Positions 63,200 to 64,000 of a stretch of 64,000 nucleotides of DNA are shown in pieces. Each line of letters begins with the position of its first letter. Position 1 is the first letter of the stretch. The stretch comes from Eledone cirrhosa (lineage: Eukaryota). The stretch lies in assembly GCA_964016885.1 (NCBI GenBank), contig OZ024740.1, forward strand, positions 374,170,001 through 374,234,000. The letters are read 5' to 3'. The translations under genes were made by a program, and so were the position numbers. The notes beneath the pieces are model-generated. The model was given only the letters and a program-made list of their open reading frames with translations, ran no database searches and was not told where the DNA came from.

Positions 63200-63712
63200 A
63201 CCAATATGATAGAATTAATGGTAACATATAAGAAGGAATAAGGATAATATTCAAACACTCTCAGATGCGGGTCCACATGTTAAAACAATACTGAGTCAGG
63301 TTCGATCATAAATAGAACGAGCTGATCGACAGTGAATGATATGTAATATGTAATTAAATATGTATATGATGCAACAATGATTCTTTGTTCCCTTATATAT
63401 TAATTATATTGATAATCTGCTCCTCAAGCCATACCGCCTAAGAGACTCCGCATAGATCTTTCGTTTTTGTTTTGAACAGTTTTTGCTTGCATTTGAAAAG
63501 AGGGTTTTAGTCCAGAAATACATTAGGTAAACACTTATTTGCTTTGTTTTAGTTCTCATCATTGGCACTTTATATATTTCCACCTGCCAGTACAGGTTTT
63601 CTAAAATTATCAGTGATCTCCTACATATCTCACAATGCTTCTATATATACATTAATACTCTTACACACACACACATCACCCCCCCCCCCACACACACACA
63701 CATGCACACACA

Positions 63713-63765
<53 letters not shown>

Positions 63766-64000
63766 GTGTGTGCGTGTGTGTGTGTGTCTATTAGTGGCTT
63801 CCACAAAATTTCTTCTGTAATATTTCTCTTACAATCTAAATTGTTAGACTGTGTCTAATGTAGATTCAAAAAACACGTTTGTGCAACCCTTGACAAAGTA
63901 TATTGCAGTATTTACAGAATCATTATATTTCCCATGTCTTCAGTTCATGATAGGGTTAGGTTTTTTAAATAGTATATCGATAACATACTAGTATGAACTG

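Overview
Eukaryotic, repeat-saturated window with no recognisable host gene. It is most likely cephalopod (octopus-type SINE, very dense TA/CA microsatellites); this is inferred, not proven. Bases 1-43.2 kb are a stack of non-LTR retrotransposons separated by (TTA)n tracts. Six Tx1/L1-clade copies (ORF1 zinc knuckle + APE-RT ORF2; three different 5'UTR/ORF1 types on one ORF2 lineage; two intact) lie on the + strand. Four R4/Dong-like RLE copies (one intact) lie on the - strand, and a thrice-repeated ~0.6-1 kb spacer sits among them. Bases 43.2-64 kb are a (TA)n-rich zone with two Penelope-like elements (one Naiad-type, in a ~10 kb head-to-head inverted arrangement), ten hammerhead-ribozyme motifs of about six families, a 310-bp hammerhead tandem repeat (retrozyme-like) folded into a perfect ~1.46 kb palindrome, an unclassified ~428-bp repeat and a SINE with a TSD. 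Two highlights: (1) a conserved 52-54 nt GT-AG intron candidate overlapping the Tx1 ORF1 stop codon, whose removal fuses ORF1 to ORF2 in frame in types A and B; (2) the palindromic retrozyme array, which mirrors the architecture of the neighbouring Penelope-like element.
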